Source: Candidatus Latescibacterota bacterium
Lineage (GTDB): Bacteria > Latescibacterota > UBA2968
DNA length: 64,000 bases
Assembly (NCBI GenBank): GCA_965198115.1
Contig: OZ240241.1
Coordinates: 4,128,001-4,192,000, forward strand
Reading direction: 5' to 3'
Shown here: one piece after another, positions 20,816 through 30,124 of the stretch
How positions within the stretch are numbered: position 1 is the first letter of the stretch
Layout of the letters: each line of letters begins with the position of its first letter
Program-made: the position numbers and the translations under genes
Notes under the pieces: model-generated
What the model was told of the DNA's origin: nothing
What the model saw: only the letters and a program-made list of their open reading frames with translations
The model's database searches: none

Positions 20816-21190
20816 TCACACGCTGGAGCGCCACACGTGCCACGCCAGATACACCCACCCCGCTAGGAAGGCCACCCCTCCCAACGGCGTCACCGCACCC
20901 AACCACCGAACACCCGTAAGAGCGAGCACGTAAAGACTCCCCGAAAAGACCACGATCCCCGCGACGAACAGCCATCCCGCGATCGTCAGACCACTCCCCG
21001 GCCACTGCGTCGCCGCCCAGGCGACCGCCAATAGCGCCAGCGCGTGATACATCTGGTATCGCACTCCGACTTCGAAGACATCGAACAGATCAGTTGGCAG
21101 TCTTTGCTTCAAAGCGTGTGCGCCGAAAGCTCCGAGCGCCACGCCAAGGAACGCGAGCAGTGCTCCCATCGTGAAAAAGGTGCGTACCAT
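20816..21190 (-). CDS. DUF423/YgdD-type membrane protein
   Basis: GAFGAH, YQMYHALA, FSGSLY and TPLGG motifs. Confidence 0.9.
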   Translation of the reverse strand: MVRTFFTMGALLAFLGVALGAFGAHALKQRLPTDLFDVFEVGVRYQMYHALALLAVAWAATQWPGSGLTIAGWLFVAGIVVFSGSLYVLALTGVRWLGAVTPLGGVAFLAGWVYLAWHVWRSSV

Positions 21191-21232
21191 ACTGTTCCCC
21201 TTGGGTGTTCGGTGTATTGTCGATTCTCAGTG

Positions 21233-23190
21233 TCAAAAATAATGGCTATGGCCATAGCCCGGAAACCAGATCACATCGACGGCGAAGGAAAGCCCCGCGG
21301 CGACAAAGTGCCCGAGCGCAAGCCCGATGAAGAAAGGTTTTGCCCGATCGTAGTGCATCAGTCCTCCGATTCGGATCAGGATCGTCTTGATGGTCCAGGC
21401 CGCAAACAATGTGAGTACCGTCCACTGGACCTGGCCGACGGATGCGATCGAAAACCCGATCGGATGCAGCCTCCACCACGTGAAACGATGGCGCAGTCGC
21501 GTCAACAGGAACGTTGCTATGACGCCGATCGCGAAGAAGACGACGTACCAGGGCTCAGGACCTTGTCCCGCCGTCATCTTGCCGACGATGGTGTTGAATG
21601 GAACCTGCCCGCCTCTGCGGAAGACCCATTCCCCAAAGTTGTAACCGCCGCTTTCATAGGCCAGACGCAACGAAAACCAGAAGGAGATGACCAGACTCAA
21701 TCCCAACCGAGGGCCATTGCCTTCACCAACGCACCTCGGGACGCCCGATGTTCAGTATGGATGCGGGCCGCGTGGGCACCGAAGGGCATGAAGTTGGCGA
21801 TCGGGTCGCACGCCCACGCGTAGGACAGCGCCAGTCCGGTCATCGTCGACGATGACAGCAGACCGGGCCCCACCACGTGCATCGCGAACGCCTGCGGCAA
21901 CAACGGGCCGCGGACGAAAACCAATCCCCCTTCGATCACGATACGCGTCAGACCCAGGTAGAGAGTCGCCACCGCATAAAACAGGAGGAGCGCGATCGGC
22001 AACGAGATTCCGATAGCGTGCAGCCACAGCAGAATGTAAAGCGATGAAACAAGGACCGTCACGCACGCCGCCCGATACCCCATCATCTCTGCCGAATCGT
22101 CGACAGCCGGATCGCGTCGAACAGCCCGTCGCCAGACCTTGGCCAGATGGTCGCGCGCGACCCAGATCCCTCCGCCCACGAGTGCGGAAAACGCTCCGAA
22201 GCCTTGCCACGCGAGCGACGCCGGACTGACGGAATAGATCTCCGCCGTGCCGATCGTGAAACCCGTGCGGTTGAAGAGCGAGATCTCGGCCAGGTTCCAC
22301 AGGTTGAAGACCCACACGCTCATCAACACGTCCGTATGAACGAAGTAGGCGATGCCGAGCAGCGGGAGCGTCAGCGTCGACGAAATACCGGGAAAGACCT
22401 TTCCCCGTCGGATGGAAAGCCGTATGCGACCGAGCCTCGGCCACTGGGGATAGAAATAAGCGGGGATCTCCCACAGAATCTTTAGGAACGAAATGGCGAA
22501 CCCCGACCAGAACAGCCGTGAGGTCACCACCGAGGGAAAAATCACACACGACGCATTCATCACCGACAGGGGAATATCAGCCAACGGGAATCCCAAACGT
22601 TCCGAATCCACCCACTGGGCCCGGAAGACGACGATCAGCGCGATACTCAGTGCCAGCGTCGCCGCCACCAGACTCCCCCACCATCCCAACGGCACGACCC
22701 AGGCATCCCACGGAATATCCGCACCCGGCGGTCGTCCCTCGAAGAACCAGGCCGTCGCGGGTCCATCTGGAGGCACCGCCCAGACCGGCACGGCATCGTG
22801 GAGATACTCGGCCCAGCCGTTCTCGGGTGTCGCGAAGTAGTATGTCGACGCGGTGATCGACAGGATGTATCCCGTGATCCCGTAGGTCGGCACCGAAGCT
22901 GCCGCCAGCAGCATCACATAAATCACGCCCAGATCAGCTTCGGACAGACCGGCCGATGTTCGAATGGATTTAACCAGGGGGTTCAGCAGGAGGGTGACGA
23001 CAACGAAGGAGGACGCAAGCCCGAGCGGGAAGTAATTCGTCGTCATCAACGTCGAGTGAACGATCCACTCGGAGTAGGGCGCGATGACGTTCAATGCCCC
23101 CACGCAAGCGCACCCGACAACGAGGGCACGGCCGGTCAGGCCGTTTCGGGTGGGGCTCGCAGCTTCTTCAGTCCTAGGTTCCATCGCCAA
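21233..23190 (-). pseudogene. DUF6785/DUF6784-type polytopic membrane protein split by one frameshift
   Basis: ORFs 21697-23190 and 21233-21706 are together collinear with the 656-aa paralogue upstream; frame change at about 21705. Confidence 0.75.
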
Positions 23191-23197
23191 GTCTCAC

Positions 23198-23292
23198 GCT
23201 CGACATTCGGCGTTGGTCATTCGATGTTGGACATTTTCAGAACCATAGGCGAAATGTCCAACACCGAACATCCAATGTCGAACGCTGAACGC
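23198..23292. repeat. Heptamer-periodic inverted repeat
   Basis: TTCGGCG/TTGGTCA/TTCGATG/TTGGACA units mirrored by TGTCCAA/CACCGAA/CATCCAA/TGTCGAA. Confidence 0.7.
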
Positions 23293-23328
23293 GTTGATCG
23301 TCCAGTGTCTGTTCGCAGCCGGGAGGTA

Positions 23329-23350
23329 CATCCTGAGCGGAGTCGAAGGG
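23329..23350 (-). repeat. REP-like CCCTTCGA..CTCAGG motif, compact copy
   Basis: Reverse strand reads CCCTTCGACTCCGCTCAGGATG; related to copies at 32688 and 44643. Confidence 0.6.
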
Positions 23351-23403
23351 CTGCTCCCACCAAAGAAATTCACATCTCCTCAGCCCCCTTCTCCCCTGCT
23401 GTC

Positions 23404-25374
23404 TTACCAAGAATGGACACCGTGACCATCCCCGAAGAACCACAGGTAATCGCCGAGGAACGATAGACCCACGCCAAGCGCATATCCAGCGATCAACCCC
23501 AGGCAAAGCGGTCGCGTACGGTTGTAGAGCGCGGCGCCCCCGATTCGCATCACCACGAACTTGGCCATCCAGGCGAGGAACACGGCGAACACCGAATTGA
23601 GCGTCGCGTAGGTCAGTGGAATCGTAAAACCCACGGGATGGATCGGCCACCAGGGAAGTCGGGCCCGAGCGAACAGAATCCCGGCCATCACGACCGCGCC
23701 GATGCCGTAGAACAGGAGCCGTTCGAGGTCGATGCTCCTCGTGTCCTGCATCTTCTTGATCGTCACGGTAAAGGCGTGCTTGCTGCCCGACGAAAAGGGA
23801 TAGTCGCTGAAATTGTAGGCGCCGCGTTCGTAGCCCCAGTTAAACGTCACAACCGTGCAGACCACGATGCCCACGACGATGGCGACCGAGACCGCAAGGG
23901 TCATCCGTCGACGGCGCCCCGACACCAGCTCGCCCAGCCGAGCAGCCTGAATCAACGGGGTCGCAAAGAGCCCCTTGCCCTGGGAGAAGAAGACGTACGT
24001 AAACGCACTCATCGTCATCGACGCGGGAGACAGATTGCCCGGTCCCAGCGCATAGATCGAAAAAACCTGTGGGGTGAGCGGCGCCCGCACATAAACCAGG
24101 CCCGATTCTGCCACGATGCGACCGATGCCCACGAACACGATGAACGTAGCGAACACGATCAGCGCGATCATCGACGGGGACATCCCCGCCGCCAGAAGCC
24201 AGAAGAAAATCAGAGCCACAGAGGCCGCCAGCCCCCAGACCGCCGCCCGGTATGAAAGAATCTCGTCGGAATCGTCAACCGTCTGTTTACCGAGCGCCGT
24301 TCGCCACACCTGCAACAGATGCTCGCGAGCAACGAACAGCCCCCACAAGACGAAAACGGTCAGCCCTCCAAAGCTTTGCCAGCCCGACGCAGCGTGGGGC
24401 TGGCTCCACGAGTCCTCCGTCCCGGTGATCTTGAACCCCAGACGATTGAACCCATAGACTTCCGTCCCGACGATCAGATAAAAGATCCAGAGACTCAGGA
24501 GGACTTCCAGGTTCGCCAGGTAGGCGAACCCCAGGGTGAAGGTGTTGACCCGCGTGCGGAATCGGGGAAACCCCCTGAGCGGTGTCATCCAACGTCCCGC
24601 ATAGTTGATGTAGGGCAGAAGCGGCGAGAAGAAGGTCGCAAAGTTCCAAACCATCACACCCAGCGGCATCACCAGCCCGACCCAGAACAGCCGTTCCCCC
24701 CAGAACAGACGTCGCTCTCCCCGGCCGCTATCCGCGACCCGGATCAGGTCCTCGGACGCCGCGACGAGGGGGTAGACCAGCCGCTCGTGCTGGCTCCAGG
24801 ATTTCCGCAGGATCACCGCAATCGCCAACGTCGCATAGACCACGGCCGCGGTCAGGGCGAGCCACCACGCGATCGGCATCGCCCACACACCCCACGGAAT
24901 CGGCACTTCTCCCGGCGGACCGTCGAAGAAATACGTCAGCGCCTGACCGGTGTCCCTGGGGGCGACCCAGTCGGGTATGTGGGGGTGGAAATACTCGCCC
25001 CACCGATTCTCCGCGTTCGCGAAGTAAAAAGGGGTAGCAATGATGCCGAGCAGGAACCCCATCAACCCCGACGTCGGGACCATCGCCCCGACGAATCCCA
25101 TCGCCAGGATCACAGCGAGATCGGCAGATGTGAGCACCAGCCACGACCCCACGCGACGGAGGAAGGGAACGGAAACGGCCAGCAGGAAGTAGGAAACGAA
25201 AAGCGCCACCGGGTAGTGGCTGATGTTCATCCGGGAGGCGTGGACCACATACTCAGCGTAGGTGATCCAGAAGTTGATCCACGCGACAAGCAGACCCCCG
25301 ATCCAGATGGCTCTGGGTCGAACGCCCTCACCGCCAGTCGCGCAAGCACCGACAGCTTCGGCACTCACGCCCAC
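23404..25374 (-). CDS. DUF6785/DUF6784-type polytopic membrane protein (putative transporter)
   Basis: About 656 aa with many TM helices; YFANAENRW, W..HERLVYPL and WWPIHPVGF motifs. Confidence 0.8.
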   Translation of the reverse strand: MGVSAEAVGACATGGEGVRPRAIWIGGLLVAWINFWITYAEYVVHASRMNISHYPVALFVSYFLLAVSVPFLRRVGSWLVLTSADLAVILAMGFVGAMVPTSGLMGFLLGIIATPFYFANAENRWGEYFHPHIPDWVAPRDTGQALTYFFDGPPGEVPIPWGVWAMPIAWWLALTAAVVYATLAIAVILRKSWSQHERLVYPLVAASEDLIRVADSGRGERRLFWGERLFWVGLVMPLGVMVWNFATFFSPLLPYINYAGRWMTPLRGFPRFRTRVNTFTLGFAYLANLEVLLSLWIFYLIVGTEVYGFNRLGFKITGTEDSWSQPHAASGWQSFGGLTVFVLWGLFVAREHLLQVWRTALGKQTVDDSDEILSYRAAVWGLAASVALIFFWLLAAGMSPSMIALIVFATFIVFVGIGRIVAESGLVYVRAPLTPQVFSIYALGPGNLSPASMTMSAFTYVFFSQGKGLFATPLIQAARLGELVSGRRRRMTLAVSVAIVVGIVVCTVVTFNWGYERGAYNFSDYPFSSGSKHAFTVTIKKMQDTRSIDLERLLFYGIGAVVMAGILFARARLPWWPIHPVGFTIPLTYATLNSVFAVFLAWMAKFVVMRIGGAALYNRTRPLCLGLIAGYALGVGLSFLGDYLWFFGDGHGVHSW

Positions 25375-25489
25375 CGAGTCTGCCTGAGGTCAGACGTCGG
25401 GATCGAGGGCGGGCGGGCCCACACCCACATCGTTCTCCCGTCTACCGGGGCGTTTGCTGCGAAGCTTCTCCCCGACTGCCCCGCCCGTG

Positions 25490-26320
25490 TTATTCGAACC
25501 ACAACCGGGTCGGTGTTTCTTCGAGGATCGCCGTTTGGACGGTTTCCGAAAGCCCCAGGGCCTGTCTGAACAGGTCCAGATGCTCGGCGTAGCTCGCTTT
25601 CTTCAACCAGTGTTCGCACGGAAAGTCCGAACCCCAAACACACCGATCGGGTCCAAAGGCCTCGATCAGCGTATGCAGGATCGCGTGCGTATCCGAAAAC
25701 GGGTACGTCTCGTCCGATCCCGTCACGCCGAACGTCAGCTTCACGTGAAGGTGCTGGAACCGTGCGAGCCCGACGACTTCCCTCACCGTTTCAGAGTCGA
25801 CACCCTCGGCAGCCGACGGATAGGCCGCGTGATCCAGCACGACCGGAACGTCCGTGTAGCGTGAGAGAAGATCGGCCAGTTGCGGCAGGTGATTCGTGCG
25901 GAGGTGCGCACAGATCACGACATTCAGATCTCGCGCCGCTTCCCAGAGCCGGACCGCGCCGTGGTGGTAGTAGAGGGGATGCGTGTCCCTCGTCGCCTCC
26001 ATCCGCAACCCGCGCACGTTGTGATTCTGAGATAGATCGGTCAGCCTACACACACTCTCATCCGACCGTGGGTCGAGTGTGCACACGCCGACGGCCCAGG
26101 CGCTGTTCTCACGCGAGCAGTCCGCGAGCAACCGATTGTCCCATCGGTAGGCCGACCCCGTCTGAATCAGGACGGCCTGGGCGACACCGGCGTCGGCCAT
26201 ATTGCGTGCAAGATGGTCGACGGTTCCCGTACCCTCGGGCGGTCGGCTCGGCTCCTCGATCATCGGATAGATCGATTCATCCGGATGGTAGACGTGTGCG
26301 TGCGTGTCGACGATACCCAT
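25490..26320 (-). CDS. Amidohydrolase_2 family protein
   Basis: DTHAH, VLDH and WGSDFP motifs. Confidence 0.9.
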   Translation of the reverse strand: MGIVDTHAHVYHPDESIYPMIEEPSRPPEGTGTVDHLARNMADAGVAQAVLIQTGSAYRWDNRLLADCSRENSAWAVGVCTLDPRSDESVCRLTDLSQNHNVRGLRMEATRDTHPLYYHHGAVRLWEAARDLNVVICAHLRTNHLPQLADLLSRYTDVPVVLDHAAYPSAAEGVDSETVREVVGLARFQHLHVKLTFGVTGSDETYPFSDTHAILHTLIEAFGPDRCVWGSDFPCEHWLKKASYAEHLDLFRQALGLSETVQTAILEETPTRLWFE

Positions 26321-28596
26321 CAGCTTGCTCCGTTCACGGCCTCGCCTCGTTGGACGAGGTCGCCGTTGCGCTTCAGTCCCGAACCATCGACTTCCAGAAC
26401 TCGATCGATCGTGCCGCTCCTGCTCTCTACGATCGCGAACGCTTCACCGTCGGAGTGAAAATCATCGAGCATCAGATCATCGCTCCCGGGCAGACGGACC
26501 GCGTAGTGGACGGTCCGACCATCCTTGAGCGAAATCCGACCGACCGAGACACCCGCTTCCCCGTCGAGTCGCTCTGCGTAGCTGATGGGCGACATCTCGC
26601 CACGAGCGATCGGAACAAGCACGTAGCTCATCGCCGTCGTCCCACTGCCCTCGGTCGCGTAGACCGCCGTCGGAAGGGGATGACATTCATAGGGCTTGCC
26701 GCGTGGGATCCAGCCCTGCACCACCGGGTCCTCCTGCCCGGAAACCACATCGAGTTCGGTCCCCTCCGGCACGATGCCGTAGATGCCCAGGTTACCCGCG
26801 TCCCGGTTGCACGTTTCGACGCTCTTCCCGTTCCCCACGACGTCCACCTTGATCGAATCGAGGTGAAATAGAGTCTCGTACCGATGGGAAGCGCCATCCA
26901 TCGCCTGCAGGAAGTCCGTGACGATCCACACGTCCGGCTTCACGAACAGAACGGCACGCGTGTGCGTCACCGTCTTCAGCTTCTGAGTGCCGTAGCCGTC
27001 GTCGTAGCTCGCGGACGCATAGTCGAACGACGAGTTGCTCACCCAGGTGTGGGGCAGTGGCGCGCTCACCAGGTAATCTTCCCGAGGCCTCCCCTGTTGG
27101 TTCTGCTCCAGGCCGTCGACCAGAACCGTGTTGTGAGCCCGCGTGGAAAGAACGTATCTGCGCCATTGGGACCCGTCGTAGGGATAATTGCCGGGATCCG
27201 TCAGGTGCACGCGCCCCTCTGCGTAAACGACGATGTTCAGCTTGTCTTCGTGCTGGTGGCCGTAGCCGAACGGCCCGCCATCGAACAGCAGATACGCATC
27301 ATCCTGGTCCCATCCGGAGCGCATCACAAAGTGCCCGGCGTAGGGAAAGGCGGTGGACAGCGTCGTCGGTCGTTCCCCCTGGCTTCCTCCACTTGCCGCC
27401 CATTGGAAGTCCTTTCGCTCGGGGAAGAACTCCAGCGCGTTCTTCATCCACGGGCGAATGTCGGTCCAATCCCCGTCGTTGAGCGCCGGCATCCTCAAGT
27501 CTGGCATCGCGAGGTAGAGATCGTAGTCGTAGAGTCGCTCGAGTTTCGCCACGTAATCCGGCGGGATGGGCTGGCCGTTCAGACAGCCCAGGTTGTAGGC
27601 CATCACGAAGTTCCGCAAGCTCACCTGATGATATGACGAAGACAGCTCGACCTGGGCGCCGTCCAGGTAAACCTGGTTGTCGAGCTCCCGGTAGAGCCGC
27701 TCCATCGCGACCCTCCGCCACTCAGCCGACTCCTTGAACTCGGGAAACAGCACCCCGAGGTGATACAGCCCGTTTCCCTCCATCGTCAGCCAGTTGCCGG
27801 TCTGCGGCCACCTGAGCAGGTGGCGGGCGTGCTCGACCATACTCCGCAGCATCAAACAAATCGCTTCGTCCGAAAAAGCCACCGACGGCAAGAAGTAGAA
27901 AAACGCGTAAGGCCACGTCTGTCCAGCCCGGATGCCGCACTCGATCGTCCGCCAGCAGTTGGTGTTGGGCGATCCCATCCTTGCGCCGTGCTTCCACGTG
28001 TTGCCATCTTCTCCGACCGGTACGAGGACGTTCAACACCCAGTGCCTCATCTGCCGTACGAACGCCCGCGCAAATTTCTCATCCCCCGTCTTCCAATAGG
28101 CCTGGCCCAGCGTCACCCAGTAAGGATGACGGGACAGCTGCCAGGTCCATTCCCGGTAGTCGATCGGGTTGAGCTCCCAGTTGATCGTTTGACCGAAGAC
28201 GTGCTCCACGTCGCAGCTCGTCAGTGTGTTAGCGACCGCCTTGTCCGCTATTTTCAGGTCCACGTGGCTGATGGCATCGTCCCCCACACGGACCAGCTCC
28301 ACCTCGTGCCGGTAGTGGGGGTCGCGGCGATCGCGCCAGTTGGAGAACCAGAAGGGACGCTCCCGCGACTTCAGGTATCGGACAAACTCGGAGCGTGCCG
28401 CAGGCCAGTCCGCACGCAGCACTGCGCTCCGCACGCCCTCGAGCCCCAATCGGTCCAGATCGAGCGCGTTGAAGAAAGCCATATCCCCCAGTCGAGGGCC
28501 GTTCATAACAACTCCTGGTTCGAGGGTCTCCGAGTCTGCAACCCACGGATTTCTCGTGACATCTGCTTCAGTCAAACGTGACGACAATGATACCAA
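26320..28596 (-). CDS. Heparinase II/III-like polysaccharide lyase
   Basis: EWTWQLSRH, NWLTME, ELSSSYH, MRSGW, HQHEDKL and AHNTVLVDG motifs. Confidence 0.88.
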   Translation of the reverse strand: MVSLSSRLTEADVTRNPWVADSETLEPGVVMNGPRLGDMAFFNALDLDRLGLEGVRSAVLRADWPAARSEFVRYLKSRERPFWFSNWRDRRDPHYRHEVELVRVGDDAISHVDLKIADKAVANTLTSCDVEHVFGQTINWELNPIDYREWTWQLSRHPYWVTLGQAYWKTGDEKFARAFVRQMRHWVLNVLVPVGEDGNTWKHGARMGSPNTNCWRTIECGIRAGQTWPYAFFYFLPSVAFSDEAICLMLRSMVEHARHLLRWPQTGNWLTMEGNGLYHLGVLFPEFKESAEWRRVAMERLYRELDNQVYLDGAQVELSSSYHQVSLRNFVMAYNLGCLNGQPIPPDYVAKLERLYDYDLYLAMPDLRMPALNDGDWTDIRPWMKNALEFFPERKDFQWAASGGSQGERPTTLSTAFPYAGHFVMRSGWDQDDAYLLFDGGPFGYGHQHEDKLNIVVYAEGRVHLTDPGNYPYDGSQWRRYVLSTRAHNTVLVDGLEQNQQGRPREDYLVSAPLPHTWVSNSSFDYASASYDDGYGTQKLKTVTHTRAVLFVKPDVWIVTDFLQAMDGASHRYETLFHLDSIKVDVVGNGKSVETCNRDAGNLGIYGIVPEGTELDVVSGQEDPVVQGWIPRGKPYECHPLPTAVYATEGSGTTAMSYVLVPIARGEMSPISYAERLDGEAGVSVGRISLKDGRTVHYAVRLPGSDDLMLDDFHSDGEAFAIVESRSGTIDRVLEVDGSGLKRNGDLVQRGEAVNGAS

Positions 28597-28628
28597 CGGC
28601 CTGCGACCTTGTAAAGCGCACCCACGGC

Positions 28629-28656
28629 TTGACAGGGATCGACCCCCGACTATATT
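28629..28656 (+). promoter_or_regulatory. Sigma70-like promoter candidate
   Basis: TTGACA-N16-TATATT; a further TATAAT at 28673. Confidence 0.55.
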
Positions 28657-28685
28657 AGCCTTAACCCATTGGTATAATTGATTTT

Positions 28686-30122
28686 ATGATCACGACCATC
28701 ACTCACAGACAGCCGAACACGCTCTTGCTGGAGGCGCAGAGCAGAGTATGCACGGGTCCACACCAGACCCGACCGCTGACGGAGCGCGACGGGCCGGATC
28801 CGGACCAGATCCTCGACATCGTCATCGCGTCCGCATCCGACCCGGACACCTACCCGGACCCAGCATCCGCTGCCCAACTCGGGTCCTTTCTGACGGCAAT
28901 GACGGTTCGCCGAAACTTCCCCGAGGCTACGGCCTGGAGCGTCGACGAGTTGGCAGCGCTCTCCCGCCACGACACGGGGCTGGCCTCGCTACCGTCCCCC
29001 TTCGACTTTCTCGTCGATCCGGCGCGCGTTCCGGGAACGAACTCACCAGCCGACACGGTCCTCGTCAGCGCCCTGATTCCCATCCTTGCGGGCAACAACC
29101 TGACCTACGATCAGACCCGTCGTGCGGCAGACGCCGCCCTTGACCCGGACGCCCACCCCGCACTGACGGCCGCCTTCCTGATCGGCCAACGGATGAATCG
29201 CGAGACCTACGAAGAGTTTTGCGGACATCTCGACGCCGTCTTCGACCGGACCGATCGACACGTGGTCAACGTAGATGCACTGACGCACATCGGCGAACCC
29301 TACACCGGGGCGACGCGATTCTTCAAACCGACCGTGTTCGTCACGGCAGTGCGTGCCGCGCAGGGCCACACCACCCTCCTCCACGGCGTCGACCGACTCC
29401 CACCCAAGTTCGGCGTCACCGACGAGCAGATTCTTCGATTTCTCGGAGCCGACGTCGACCTCGACCTCGATCGAGTTGCCCGTTTGGTCGAGGATCCCAA
29501 CGTCCGGTTCGGCTACGTCAGCCAGCGGGTGTTCGCACCGAACGCCTACGCCCTCCGCGACCTCCGGCACCACATCGGAAAGCGTCCTCCCTGGGCCGCG
29601 ACGGAAAAGGCCCAACGACTCCTGCGTGCCAGCGGCTCCAACGCAGCCGTCATCGGCTACTACCATCCTGGTTACGAGAACCTTCATCTCAGGCTGATGC
29701 GCGACGAGGACCTCGATACCGGCTTCCTGATCAAGGGCGAAGAAGGGACTGCCCAATTCTCGTTGCGGCCGCGCGAACCAGATCCTGCAGGTCGCCAACG
29801 CGTCAACCACGTCGAAGGGTTCAGGGGGGACCGGCAGACGGTAGACGCTCTCGATCCCCAGACCTACGGGTTTTCCTACGCCCACAGCCCAAGTGCCCGA
29901 ACCGTCACAGCCGAGGCCTTCGCCACGGAAGGTCGCGCCGCACTCTCGGGTCAGCTAGGTTCGTCATTCGACCGCATCCTCTTGAATGCGGCCGCCCTCA
30001 ACGTCCTCCTCGCCTGCGACCCCGATCCCGAAAGCGCCGTCGCCCACGCCCGCGAAACGATCGGTCGCGGCGACGCGCTCCGGTACCTCGACACCTACAT
30101 CGAACGCTCCAACTCGGTCTGA
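28686..30122 (+). CDS. Anthranilate phosphoribosyltransferase-like protein (TrpD2/YbiB-like)
   Basis: AQLGSFLTAM, AFLIGQRM, GEPYTG..R, PPKFGVT and KGEEGT; no canonical TrpD GTGGD motif. Confidence 0.75.
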   Translation: MITTITHRQPNTLLLEAQSRVCTGPHQTRPLTERDGPDPDQILDIVIASASDPDTYPDPASAAQLGSFLTAMTVRRNFPEATAWSVDELAALSRHDTGLASLPSPFDFLVDPARVPGTNSPADTVLVSALIPILAGNNLTYDQTRRAADAALDPDAHPALTAAFLIGQRMNRETYEEFCGHLDAVFDRTDRHVVNVDALTHIGEPYTGATRFFKPTVFVTAVRAAQGHTTLLHGVDRLPPKFGVTDEQILRFLGADVDLDLDRVARLVEDPNVRFGYVSQRVFAPNAYALRDLRHHIGKRPPWAATEKAQRLLRASGSNAAVIGYYHPGYENLHLRLMRDEDLDTGFLIKGEEGTAQFSLRPREPDPAGRQRVNHVEGFRGDRQTVDALDPQTYGFSYAHSPSARTVTAEAFATEGRAALSGQLGSSFDRILLNAAALNVLLACDPDPESAVAHARETIGRGDALRYLDTYIERSNSV

Positions 30123-30124
30123 CC

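Noticed and set aside
29219-30124. 302-aa N-terminal extension of the polB ORF
   Set aside because: It overlaps the TrpD-like gene in another frame and is Arg/Pro-rich shadow sequence; the real start is the GTG at 30125.
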